A program made the translations under genes and the position numbers. A stretch of 64,000 bases of DNA, from assembly GCF_009914755.1 (NCBI RefSeq), contig NC_060926.1. One strand, written 5' to 3'. This DNA is from the human T2T-CHM13v2.0 reference genome, Homo sapiens. Positions 42,354 to 54,241 of this stretch are shown here, piece by piece (position 1 is the first letter of the stretch; every line of letters starts with the position of its first letter). The notes beneath the pieces are model-generated. The model made no database searches and was not told where the DNA came from. It saw nothing but the letters and a program-made list of their open reading frames with translations.

Positions 42354-44216
42354 TAAGCTGGCTTTTAACCATAGCACTCTTTAATAAAGTCCTTTTAAAA
42401 TTTCTTATTACCTGACTTTAGCCAGGCCAAATGGCCAATATTTCTGGCTTTTAAACTATATCAAAGGTAGCCTCACAGGTGCTCTGAGAAAAGAAAATTC
42501 AAGACAGTTCACGGAGGGGAAGACAATTGAAAAATGGCAAAGCCTACCCAAATATCAATCAGAAAGGCTTATCCCCTAAGCTGGGGACTGAACCCTTAAC
42601 CTGGGCCACCATTGTGAAAAGAGAAATCAAGGCCACATGGTTATAAGATCAAGCTCCCAAGGACATAACTGACCAGTTCCCTGGGCCATCTTGAACAGCA
42701 GGCTTATGGGGTTTTAGGCACACATTTTATCCTAAGGTACCCCTCTTTATGACAGAACAATACTGAAAGACACACAAAGCACACCAGAGTCACTATAGCT
42801 TAAGAACAGCCTCAGAACTCTTTCTCGTATTAATAACAGTGATTTTTACCATTCATTTAACCAGTTTGCACAGAGAAAAAGAGGGAGAAAAGCCAGAAAT
42901 ATGACTGGGAAGAATTCCTTCCCTTTTGCTGGCATGCTAAGTTCTGGGTTTTCTTTCCCTGAGTGGCCCTGGTGACCAGGTTTGCCTCACCATTGCCTTG
43001 GGAGCCAAACCACACCGTAAAGGAAAATTATCCTTTTCTGTTCTGACCAGAGCAAAATACGTGTGATAAAACATAGACATTAGCCACTTTGATTAGCACC
43101 CAGTATCAAACTGGCAAGGCTTAAATTTGCCCTCAGATGAGCCCTGTCATCTTTAATCCAACCTCTGACTAGGAGTTTCAACATGTGGTCTCTGGGAAAG
43201 ATTGTTGCCCTAGTAACAGGAAAGATAGGAAAGGAAAAGCAGAGAAAGAAAAGCATTGCCTGTGGCAGGGTGGGGAAGGTGAAGAGCCCAGGGAGGCCAG
43301 AGCAAGACCCATTTATTGCAGCGACACTGCAAAGTTCAGGCATCCTCTTCTAAGTAGCAAAGGGATTTTTTCTAGCAGTCCCATCAGCTCTCAGGTTTAC
43401 CCTTTTGAAGAGGAAAAAAGCTCCCCATGTCCCATGGTACTGTACATGCCTAATCCTGTCACCCATAGCCATCAGCAAAAAGCTTTAAGACAGATTAATC
43501 CAAAGAGAATAGCAGTTAACATCCCATAGTGACAAACCTGTTCTTAGGTGAAAGGGACTTTACTGAGAGTCCTCATTTTTAAATGTACTTCAATATGTTG
43601 TTTATTTTGAATGTTCCACTGTAAATTATCTTTTGTAAGATTTTGCCATTTCTGTAAGACTTTACTGCTCCCAGGCCTGATGTATAACCCAGAAAGGACT
43701 CAGTTTTCCAGAAATTAAGGATTCTATTTTTACATTTTTACCTAAAATATTGGCTTTAATCTCGGGTTTTCTTGATTAACTTAGCCAATGATTTTTTTTT
43801 CCTGCTTAAGCATGCAAGAAAAATGAAACAAAGGGGTAGAACACAAAAATCCCTGTGAATTTTCAAAGGCCGAATTTTATAAGTCCTGCAATATTACTTC
43901 TTACTACCAGTTTCCTTCTGACTCAGTCAGATGTTAAGAGGCCTCCAATTGAATCCTAGCCTGTTAATTCCCCAGATCAAATCCATTCCTGGCCTCAGCC
44001 CAGTTTCTATCACGATTTCCAAACCGGATTGGATCAGATATTTGCTCAAAGAAACTTAGAAAGCTCAAAACACAAATCTGTGGAGCTCCAAAATCCAAGA
44101 GAGAGCTTAGCCCTGATCCCCAGCTGCTCCTAGAGATCAATAGACACAAGTGGGTCCTGCAGGTACCTTGCTTGTTCACTCAGTGCTCCTGGGGATCACT
44201 AGAAGCTCTACTTCAG

Positions 44217-44234
44217 ATCCCAATTCTGACACCA
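44217..44234 (-). promoter_or_regulatory. Primer-binding site of the MER57 provirus (tRNA-Leu type)
   Basis: Minus strand TGGTGTCAGAATTGGGAT, 2 nt after the 5' LTR; one mismatch to the complement of a tRNA-Leu 3' end (TGGTGTCAGAAGTGGGAT). Confidence 0.8.
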
Positions 44235-45993
44235 TCTGATAAAAGAAAAACTTCAGCTGAGTTAAATTTAAGGAAGTTTAATTGAGCAGTGAATGTTTTG
44301 TGAATCAGGAAGCCCCCAGAATCACAGCAGATTCACAGGACTCCAGCATAGCCACATGGTGGAAGATTTATAGACCAAAAAAGAAAAAGAAAGGAAATGA
44401 CCTACAGAAATTGGAAGTGAGGTACAGAATGGCTGGATTAGTTACAGCTTTGCCTTTGCCTTGTTTGAACATAGTTTGAACACTCAGTAGTGTATGACTG
44501 GTTGAAGTACATCTGCTGGGATTGGCCAAGATTCTGCTGTTTTTGCAGATACATACTTGTAAGTTAGGTTTTCAATGTTGTCTACCTATTAAGCTAGGTT
44601 GCAGTTTGTCCACAAAGACTCAAATATAGAAGTAATGAGTTCTTCTCAGGTCACGTTTAGTTCACTTTAACAGTATGATAGAGTGTATGAGAAACATAAG
44701 ACAGAGCAAGTTCAAAGAGAATAAGTTGGAATTATAGAAATATTGAATGGGGTGGTTAGAAAAGGCTTCCCAATCAAGTTATCTTTTGAGCTCAGCCATG
44801 AAGAAATCTGAAGTGAGAGTACTCCAGGTGGAAGAAGTAAAAAGTGCTGAAGGCTTGAGATGGAAACAAGCTAGTTCATTAGTATATCAGAAGATGTGTC
44901 ATACTCCTGAAACATAATAAATGAGTAAAATGAGATGAGAAGGAACCAGAACTTGGGGTCTTGCATGCCATGGTAGCATTTAAAGTTCATTCCAAATACA
45001 AAGTGAAGCATTGGAGGGTTTTAAGCAGGACAGAGACATGCTGTGATTATTGAGCAGTGGAGCTCTTTGGGACAGTCTAATGTCTTCAGGCCCAGAATCT
45101 CTCATCTGCCTGGAGCAGAGGATATTTTCTGTCTTCTACAGATAAACACTGTTGATATCATAATTTTCCAGTCACTGACAGATTATAGTTTCTCTAAATA
45201 AACTATTCAGACAAATTAAGGTATTACCACTATCTCCATTACTTTTCACAATTTCATACCTTTTCTTCGTATCTCTTCCTCCTGAAAAGCTCTAAGGTAT
45301 TTGTCTTTCATCCATCACCTAAAGAGTGTGAATCTATTTACCTGGGTCATAGGAAATAGGAGGACATGGGATGGCTTTCTAGCTGATGTATAGCCAGTTC
45401 ACTGCCAGCCCTTTCTGCTAGTGTCCTCCCTGCAACTCTATCTTTTAGTATACTTGAAAAGCACTGTACCCCACAAGAACCCCCTCCAGAGTTCCCTGCT
45501 GTTGGAAAATCTAGGAGGCATGTCCTTTATTCAGCTATCCCTCCTTCAGCAATAGGTCTACTCTTTATTCTCGGCTGATAAGATCCTTTGGTCCCAGTCA
45601 GTGGTTTCTTGATGCAGGCTGGGATGACTTGCAAATTTGCTAATATCCATGGCCTACTCTAGCTCACTGGAAACTGAGGATTTCCTGTAAAACAACAGCT
45701 GCTTTACAAGAAACTGGAGGCAAGTTTTATCTCATGTAGTTTAGCTGTAATGTTGTGTCTTCCTTCCATGTGTGTGTCCCATACTTCAGCAGCCTCCTTT
45801 GTGCTCAGTGAACTATAATGGCAAAACTACCTTTGGTCCTTATGTTTAGAACCATTCCCTGACCCCAATTTCAGAAAAATTTTCTGGTGGTTGAGAGAAT
45901 ATTTTCAAGGGAAGATTCATGTATGAATCAGACATCCCAATGAAAAGAAGCCCCATGAATGTAAAAATAAAAATGCCAACAACGTGACTTGCC

Positions 45994-46353
45994 GCCTATG
46001 GTCTGAATGTTTGCGCTCACCACCACTCAGTTCTTATGTTGATAGCTAATCCCCAGTGTAAAAGTATTAAGAGGTGGGGCCTTTGGGAGGTGGGGTCACG
46101 AGATCAAAGCCTTTATGAATGGGGTTACAGTCCTACAAAAACAAGCTCAAGGGAGCTTGTGTGCCCTTCCACCGAGTGCGAAGAGGTAGAAGGCACCATC
46201 TATGAAGCAGAGAGCTAGCACTCAGCAGACATTTAATCTGTTGGTGCCTTGATCTTGGACTTCCCAATGGCAAGACTGAGAAATAAATATTTGTTGTTTA
46301 TAAATTACCCAGTCCTAAGTATTTTGTTATGGCAATCTGAATGAACTGAGACA
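45994..46353 (+). mobile_element. MaLR LTR (MLT1A/MSTD-like)
   Basis: CTATGGTCTGAATGTTTG..GAGGTGGGGCCTTTGGGAGG..GAAATAAATATTTGTTGTTTATAAATTACCCAGTC..GAGACA. Confidence 0.8.
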
Positions 46354-46923
46354 CCTCCCCCAACAGAAAATGCAAAAAATTCTAATGCACCAAAAAGACT
46401 AATTTCTCCTAGAAAACCCCTCTCTTTCTTCCAAATTCTTTTAATCATCTTCTCCTGCAGGTGGGTGAGGATCAATGCATTATATTTGTCTTGTTTCATC
46501 AATTGTCCCTGTCTTAACGCAGAGAATAACTAAATACACCTGAGCCATTTATATTCCACTTTCAGTTAAAACTGACTTGGGATTGTCAGAAGAAAAGGAA
46601 TGGTGGCATGGATCTACTGCCACAGATAAATATTTTATTTGTCAATCAATTACCTATGATATATAAAGGGCACCTCTTTATGCTACATAAAGAGGAGCTT
46701 AGAGAAGAAAGAGGCAGGTTGTGGCTATGTAGAAGCTGAAACAAAGAAATTAGGAGGCCATTTTGCAGAATCAAGTAAGACAATAAATTGGACTAATTAA
46801 AACTACCTTGTATTTTCTTCCACAGAGGGACTACCAGAGAAATAGGTACTTGTAGATACTGAATGTTTCTTCTTTGTTCATTTATCACTTTTGAGGAGAC
46901 ATGGCTGTTCTCTAAGCCTTGAG

Positions 46924-47302
46924 TGTATTAGTCTATTCTCATGCGGCAATTAAAGACATGCCTGAGACTGGGTAATTTATACAGGAAAGTGGTTTAATTG
47001 ATTCATAGTTCAGCATGGCTGTGGAGGCCTCAGGACACCTATAGTCACAGCAGAAGAAGAAGCAAACACATCCTTCCTCAAATGGCAGCAGCGAGAAGAA
47101 GAATGAGAGCAGAGCAAAGGGGGAAGCTCCTTATAAAACCATCAGATCTTGTGAGAACTCACTCACTCTCATGAGAGCAACATGAGGATAACCACCCCCA
47201 TGATTAAATTACCTCACACAGGGCCCCTCCCACCACATGTGGGGATTATGGGAATTACAATTCAAGAAGAGATTTGGGTGGGGACATAGCTAAATCATAT
47301 CA
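46924..47302 (-). mobile_element. THE1D-like MaLR solo LTR
   Basis: TGTATTAGTCTATTCTCATGC..GAGACTGGGTAATTTAT..GAGATTTGGGTGGGGACA..CATATCA; TSD TTGAG/TTGGG. Confidence 0.88.
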
Positions 47303-47618
47303 TTGGGTATACCCTGAGAAAAAAGAACAAGGAACCTGTGCTGGAAAAAGTTATATTGAAAACAGCATTTTAGAGGTATTAACTTTATTTTGGAGTTATA
47401 CAAGCTAGTATAAATACTAACATGAAATTGTTTTAAGCAAAGCATTTCTCCACAGGCCTTTGAAATGTCTGACTAGGCACTTAATGGTTGAATTTTATTA
47501 TTGGTTTAAATAAGGTATAAACCCTGAAAGAAAACTGCAGGAAATCTAGAATCTGGGATATAAATATGTAAGCAATAGCTAGCTAGTTTGCAACTTTAAG
47601 TAGATGGATTTGACACAC

Positions 47619-47979
47619 TGCTAGAGTCTGAATGTGTATGTCCACACATCAAATTCATATGTTGAAATCTTAACCTCCAAGGCAATAATCTTAGGAGGTG
47701 GAGCCTTTGGAGGGGATTAGGTCACCAGCATGAAACACTTCAAAATGGGTTTAGTGCCCCCGTAAAAGAGACCTCAAAGAGACCACTTCCCCCATCTGAC
47801 TTGTGAGGTTACATTGAGAAGACAGTGGCCATTAAGGAAGCAGGTCCTCAGACACTAAATCCACTGGCACATTGATCTTGAACTTCCCAGCCTCCAGAAC
47901 TCTGGACAATAAATTACTACTGTTTCTTAGCTACTCAGTCTATGGTATTTTGTTATAGCAGCCTGAATGGACTAAGACA
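47619..47979 (+). mobile_element. MLT1A0-like LTR
   Basis: TGCTAGAGTCTGAATGTG..AAATTCATATGTTGAAATCTTAACC..GTTATAGCAGCCTGAATGGACTAAGACA. Confidence 0.82.
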
Positions 47980-48942
47980 CACTTTAATTTTGAAGTTTTA
48001 AAAATCTGATCGTGTGTCCTTTAGGAAAAGCTGTATAGACATTACTTAACAATTTCAGTTGATTTTTTATTAAAATGGAAAAAATGGATGGTAATATTGT
48101 CTCCATTTTAATAACTTCAAAATATACATTATTTAATTTTAGGAGGTAAGGTCACAAAATAATAAAATAGAAACTCCTCTACCTTCATTAAAATGAGTAG
48201 AAAATATTATTTTATCTTGAATAGTTGTGTTATGTCAATAGCTTAAAAGTTTTAGTGCCAAATTCTTTTTTCTTTGGTATACATGTCCAGTGAGTAATGA
48301 ATTTAGAATCAAACCTTATTGCACACACATGCTCACACATATACGCACATACTCATGCATGTACACACCCTAAAAACCCTGACAGGGCCCTTAGGATCAG
48401 GACAATAACCTGTTATATACATTTCTATAATACAAATTTGTCAGTTTGACAAGTTTTTTCCCTTATTAAGTCTCACTCTCATTTGTATGTTAGTCTTTTC
48501 TTATAAAAATACACAGCAGTTTAGAATGGCACAAGTGCAGAGTAGAGCTGATAGTGTGATTGATCATAGCTGAGCTGAATTAAGAAACTAGAATTACAGA
48601 AATTTGCTTTGATTAAGCTGGGGCTAGAGATCTTAGTGCTTTACCTACATGGCCTCTTGCTTTCATTCTTTTGAGAGACTCTGTTCCAAGTATTGTACTT
48701 TTCCTGCAGGGTATAAGTGACGGTAGTGAAAGTGCAGGGGTGGCAGTCAACAACAACGCAGACTTGATGGGTGGATGGGCATGTATGTCTACCTGATTGC
48801 TATACCTTCACCGTGCTTAAACACCACTACACCTTGCTTCCCATTAGTCTGCAATATATACATATTTTGCTAGATATGGCTTGGAAGAATAAAATAACTG
48901 GTCATTGTTCATATCACTTTCACAGAAACAGTCCCTCTAGAA

Positions 48943-49108
48943 CCTTACAACTCAGAGTGTGGTCCACAGAAGGAAAACATCAACCTGACCTGGGAACTAT
49001 TTAGGAAGGCAAAATCTCAGGCCCTGCCTCCAACCTACTGAATCAGAATCTTCATCTTACTAAGATGCTTAGGTGATTTTATTGTATACTAACATTTTAA
49101 AACCTGTG
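48943..49108. mobile_element. MER5A MITE
   Basis: GGTCCACAGA..CTGGGAACTATTTAGGAAGGCAAAATCTCAGGCCC..CCTACTGAATCAGAA; 8-bp TSD CTCTAGAA/CTCTAAAA. Confidence 0.72.
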
Positions 49109-49116
49109 CTCTAAAA

Positions 49117-50214
49117 CAGTGGTTCTCAACAATGGTTACGCATTAGAAACTTCTAGGGCACTTTAGAAAACATATTAGAACCAGTGCCCTTCCTCAGATG
49201 AATTAATATGAATAAGAAGGCTGGACTCCGGGAATCAGCCTTCGTGACATAATAGGAAATATATATTTGATCTCTGTCCCTAATTCCTAGCAAAGAGTTT
49301 CTAAAACTCACATAACTTTGAGTGATGAGGTGAGAGGAATGTATTTTGTTATAATATTCAGTCATACTCCTCAGCTAGGGGTATCTTTCTTTATAATATT
49401 TGGTCTTATTCACTGGTTCCTGACACAAGATCTTCTAAGATTTTGGAATCTCTCGAGTGTTAAGAGTATGTCTTTTTGTGTGCTAATGAGATGACTGGTG
49501 GCCAGAGGTCCCTGGATAATTTTAGGATAGAACTAGTCACCAGAAAGTGTACAATCTTAGACTATTTAGCCTTGTTCCCCATCCTCTGGGGAGTGGAGAG
49601 TGGCTAGAGATGGAGTTAATAATCGATGATGCCTATGTGATTAAGGCTCTATACAAATCCCTAAACTAAAAGGTTTGGAGAGCTTCTGGGGTGTTGAACA
49701 CAGGGAGGTGCCAGGAGGGTGAAGACAGGGAATAGAATTCCACACCCCTTCCCACATACCTCACTCTATGTACCTGTTCATCTGGCTGTTCATCTGTGTC
49801 CTTTGTAATATATTTCATAATAATAGTGAAATAAGTAAATGCTTCTCTGAGTTCTGTGAACCATTACAGCAAGTTATCAAACATAATATGGAGGTTGTGG
49901 GGATCCCCAGCTTATAGCCAGTTGGTTAGAAATACAGGTGACAACCTGGGCCTTGCAAATGGTGTCTGAAGTGGAGGCAATCTTGTAAATGGAGCCACTA
50001 ATCTGTGTGTCTATACTAACTCTCAGTAGTTAGGATCACAATTAAGTTGTAGGACACCCCGCTGGTGTCTGCAGAAAAGTGGAGAATTACTTGGTGTGGA
50101 AAACCCACAAATCTGGTGTCAGAAGGGAAGTGTAAGTAGATAAATAGTTGTGTTTTAACATTAGAAAAAAATGTTTCCCTGGTGATTTTAAGTTCTCTAA
50201 GTTATGAATCACTG
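49117..50214. mobile_element. Second MER5-type MITE split by a MER21 LTR
   Basis: CAGTGGTTCTCAAC start at 49117; remainder TTCCCTGGTGATTTT..TTATGAATCACTG at ~50161-50214. Confidence 0.6.
49243..50160 (+). mobile_element. MER21-family LTR
   Basis: GTGACATAATAGGAAATATATATTTGATCTCTGTCCC..GCTAATGAGATGACTGGTGGC..CTGAGTTCTGTGAACCATTACAGCAA. Confidence 0.78.
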
Positions 50215-51366
50215 GAGGGCTTAAAACCGGGGAGTGTCAACATTGATTCCAGCTACCTTATATGTTATATTCCATCTGTGCCAACTGATATAATATGAGA
50301 ACAAGAACAAAGGAAGTCTAGTAGGGTAACTAGACTGAACTTACTGGGTCAATCAATCTTCTGCCTGGAAGAGTAGCTGGCTCTGTCACCCATGCCAACC
50401 AAGGCTCTCTGAATTAAGAGCCAAAAGTTGTAGACTGGAGGTTAGATAGAACTCAATGACTCCACATGATTTGACATGGAACTCTATAGTTACAATATTC
50501 GTGTGACATATTTTTTTCTGAGGCTGCATTTCGGCAGAGAGAAGATTATGTAGAAAGAATCTATGAGGCACAGAGGTGCAGCAACAGTTCTAGAAGCTCA
50601 AAGTTACTCTTGTAATTACTACTCTTAGGGTGGTACGCTCCTAATCTAAAATAACCTAATTGTTTTCTAAACTCTGAATTATGGGATACAGTCTCCCAGA
50701 TTTGCCTAAACTATTTTCTTTGCTACACATGAAACTGAAGAATGTATGGTCTGGACAATCTACATCAGAAAACAGGGAAAGACATTTTTTTCTTGACTGT
50801 ACATCTTGTTTCCTTGTCCCTTTTTCTTTTGATCAGCTTGAATACCTGTAATATCAAACTTGTGCTGACTTCCAGAAGGCAGGCAATCTCAATTCAGAAT
50901 GACATTTCTGCCAGACATTTTAAATAAAGTATATGATTCAATTCTCCAGAGAAACAGACCAAATAGGATATATGTAGATATACAGGAAGATTTATTGTGA
51001 TTTACTGTAAGGGGTTGGTTCATGCAATTATGGAGGCCGATAAGTCATCATATACAGAATCACCCAACTACTTGCTTCTTATAAGTGGTTAATTAGGCGT
51101 ATTCAATGCAGATATTTTGCGCGTCTATAAACAGTTCACACTGTGTACTACTAGTGCTCTCTTTACTACTAGAAATAGTCACCAGCATCTTTAAATCGAA
51201 TCAGACTAGAAAGCCAATTCCAAAACCCTAGAATTAATTCAGAAAACTTATTCTTAAAATTCTGTTCCTCTAGAACCACTTTTGCTACCAAAATCTACAT
51301 TACTCTGGGTTCTCTAGATAAACAAAAAATAGTATCTATACCTATATACATACACATACCCATTTA

Positions 51367-51738
51367 TAGACACTGCATGACATTGCACCCAACAATAGAC
51401 TCCGTATATGATGGTAGTTTCAAAAGATTTTAATGGAAGTGCTCTATTCAGATGTACCATTTTTTATCTTTTATACTGTATTTTTACTATACCTTTTCTA
51501 TGTTTAGATATATTTAGGCACATAAATACTTAACCATTGTGTTACAATTGCCTACAGTATTCAATATAGTAACATGCTGTACAGGTTTGTAGCCTAGGAG
51601 CAATAGGGTTTAAGACATAGCCTAGCTGTGTAATAGGCTATACCATCTAGGTTTGTATAAGTACACTCTATGATGTACACACAGTGATGAAATTACCTTA
51701 CAACATATTTCTTAGAGCATGTCTTCATTGTTAAGTGA

Positions 51739-51743
<5 letters not shown>
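51367..51743 (+). mobile_element. Tigger3 (Golem/MER7) MITE
   Basis: CCATTGTGTTACAATTGCCTACAGTATTC..ACATGCTGTACAGGTTTGTAGCCTAGGAGCAATAGG..GTTAAGTGATGCAT. Confidence 0.85.

Positions 51744-51798
<55 letters not shown>
51743..51798. repeat. Compound (CT)n(GT)n microsatellite
   Basis: Direct reading. Confidence 0.95.
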
Positions 51799-51801
<3 letters not shown>

Positions 51802-52138
51802 TCCTTCCTCAGTATCCATGATAGATTGGTTTTAGGACCCCTTGCAGGTACTGAAACCTGTGAATGCTCAAGTCACTTATATAAAATGGCATAGTGTTTG
51901 CATACAAGTTATGCTCATCCTCCTGTATACTTTAAGTCATCTATAGATTACTCATAATACCTAATATAATGTAAATGCTGTGAAAGTAATTGTTGTACTG
52001 TATTCTTTAGGAAATAATGACCAAAGAAAAATCTGTAAATGTTCAGTACATATGCAACTACCCATTTTTTCTCAAATATTTTCTATCCAGCCGGTTGAAT
52101 CTGTGAATATAGAACCCACAGACATGAAGGGATGGCTG
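51799..52138 (+). mobile_element. MER2 (TcMar-Tigger MITE)
   Basis: AGTCCTTCCTCAGTATCCATG..ATTGGTTTTAGGACCCC..ATGCTCAAGTCACTTATATAAAATGGC..GAAGGGATGGCTG. Confidence 0.85.
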
Positions 52139-52771
52139 TACACATACACATGCATAAACACACACACACATATGGATAAATAGATACAGATATGTAGAGA
52201 AATATAGAGACTTATTGTGAAGGGTTGGCTCATGCCATTTTGGAGGTTAAGAAGTCCCAGATCTGCCACCTGCAAACTGGAGACTGAGGATAGCCTGTGA
52301 TAGATATAGTTCCAGTCCAAACCTGAAAATTTGATAACCAGAGGAGCCAACAGCATAAGTCTCAGTCTAAAGGCTGGACAACTGACAGCACCAATATCAG
52401 AGGGCAGAAGATGTATGTCCCAGCTCAAGCAGACAGCAGATTCTCCCTTCCTCTGCCTTTTTGTTCTATTTAGGCCCTTAACAGATTGGGTTATGCCCAT
52501 TACATTGGTTAGGGCAATTTTATTTTCACTCGGTCTACAGATTAAAATACTAGTCTTTCAGAAACACTCTCATAGATACACCCAGAAATAATGTTTTACG
52601 AGCTATCTAGACATCCCTTAGCCTAGTCAAGTTGACACATAGAATTAACTATCACACAAAGTCTTTTCTTTCTCTTTGTTACTCCATTTTGATCATCTTT
52701 ATTTCAGAACCCTTCAAGAAATCTTGTGGCTGGCTTACAGATGCTGCATTCCAAGTGTTTAGAAAATCTGT

Positions 52772-52952
52772 GGCTGGGCGCAGTGGCTCAAGCCTGTAGT
52801 CCCAGCATTTGGGGAGGCCGAGGTGCATGGATCACCTGAGGTCAGGAGTTTGAGACAAGCCTGTCCAACATGGTGAAACCCTGTCTCTACTAAAAATACA
52901 AAAAAATTAGGCAGGTATGGTGGCGGGCGCCTGTAATCCCAGCTACTCTGGG
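52772..52952 (+). mobile_element. AluS, 3'-truncated
   Basis: Left monomer, linker and first ~40 nt of right monomer; stops after CCCAGCTACTC with no tail. Confidence 0.9.
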
Positions 52953-54241
52953 AAAAAATGTATCAATTAGATTTTTTACCAAATTTTATGCATTAGCCAT
53001 TAACAAGGAAGTAATCTAAAAAGTGTGCTTTGGAGCAAGGCAAAAATGACTAATTTTAGCTTTAAAATTTTGTTTAAGGTAAGCTCGTTCTTTTAAGAGA
53101 AAACTCTGCTCTACCTTAGGGCTAAAACAAATCTTGTATTTTGTACATTGGAAGACTCTTTCTAAACTACTCTAAATAAAAGTGTTATTTTGATTCAAAG
53201 CTTCCCATTTCCCCCATGCCATTAAGAGTGGGTTAGATTCAAGAGGGGGCCAGTTCCAAGATGGCTGATGGTCTACAGCTACCAGTGTGAGCGATGCAGA
53301 AGACGGGTGATTTCTGCATTTCCAACTGAGGTATACTGGGTTCATCTCACTGGAGCTTGTCAGACAGTGGATGCAGCCCACAGACTGTTTGCTGAAGAAA
53401 GGTGAGGCATCGCCTCACCTGGGAAGTGCAAGGGGTTGGGGAATTCCCTTTCCTAGCCAAGGGAAGCCATGACAGATGGCACCTGGAAAATCGGGTCACT
53501 CCCACCCTAATACTGCACTTTTCCAATGGTCGTAGCAAACACCACACCAGAAGATTATATCCCACATGTGGCTCAGAGGGTCCCACACCCATGGAGCCTT
53601 GCTCACTGCTAGCACAGCAGTCTGAGATCAAACTGCAAGGCGGCAGCAAGGCTGGAGGTGGGGCATCCACAATTGCTGAGGCTTGAAGGAGGTAAATAAA
53701 GCCTCCAGGAAGCTCAAACTGGGTGGAGCCCACCTCAGCTCAAGGAGGCCTGCCTGCCTCTCTAGACTCCACCTCTGGGGGCAGGGCATAGCTGAACAAA
53801 AGGCAGCAGAAACTTCTGCAGACTTAAACGTCCCTGTCTGACAGCTTTGAAGAGAGTAGTGGTTCTCCCAGCATGGAGTTTGAAATCTGAGAATGGACAG
53901 ACTGCCTCCTCAAGTGGGTCCCTGACCCCTGAGTAGCCTAACTGGGAGGCAACTCCCAGTAGGGGCCGACTGACACCTCATACGGGCGGGTGCCCCTCTG
54001 AGACAAAGCTTCCAGAAGAACGATCAGGCAGCAACACTTGCTGTTCTGCAATATTTGCAGCCTCTGCTGGTGATTCCCAGGCAAACAGGGTCTGGAGTGG
54101 ACCTCCAGCAAACTCCAACAGAACTGCAGCTGAGGGTCCTGACTGTTAGAAGGAAAACTAACAAACAGAAAGGACATCCACACAAAAACCCAGTTTGTAC
54201 ATCACCATCATCAAAGACCAAAGGTAGATAAAACCACAAAG

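Larger units (their letters stand above)
50930..52656 (-). mobile_element. Deleted ERVL provirus: MLT2B-like 5' LTR (51296-52656), ~250 bp ERVL internal leader, 3' LTR stub (50930-51047)
   Basis: Two copies of TTCTC[C/T]AGA[G/T]AAACA..AATAG; minus internal start GATTTTGGTAGCAAAAGTGGTTCTAGAGGAACAGAATTTT; end CAAGTTGACACATAGAATTAACTATCACA; TSD TAAAG/CAAAG. Confidence 0.75.

Noticed and set aside
42572-42648. Functional tRNA gene
   Set aside because: Too degenerate: D-arm/A-box and acceptor stem not recoverable. Kept only as a relic finding.
43080-43529. Possible retroviral gag ORF in the MER57 internal region
   Set aside because: No recognisable gag/pol/env motifs; the longer ORF is antisense to the provirus
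50113-50130. PBS-like TGGTGTCAGAAG suggesting another provirus
   Set aside because: Lies near the end of the MER21 LTR and is, as I recall, part of that consensus; no internal sequence follows
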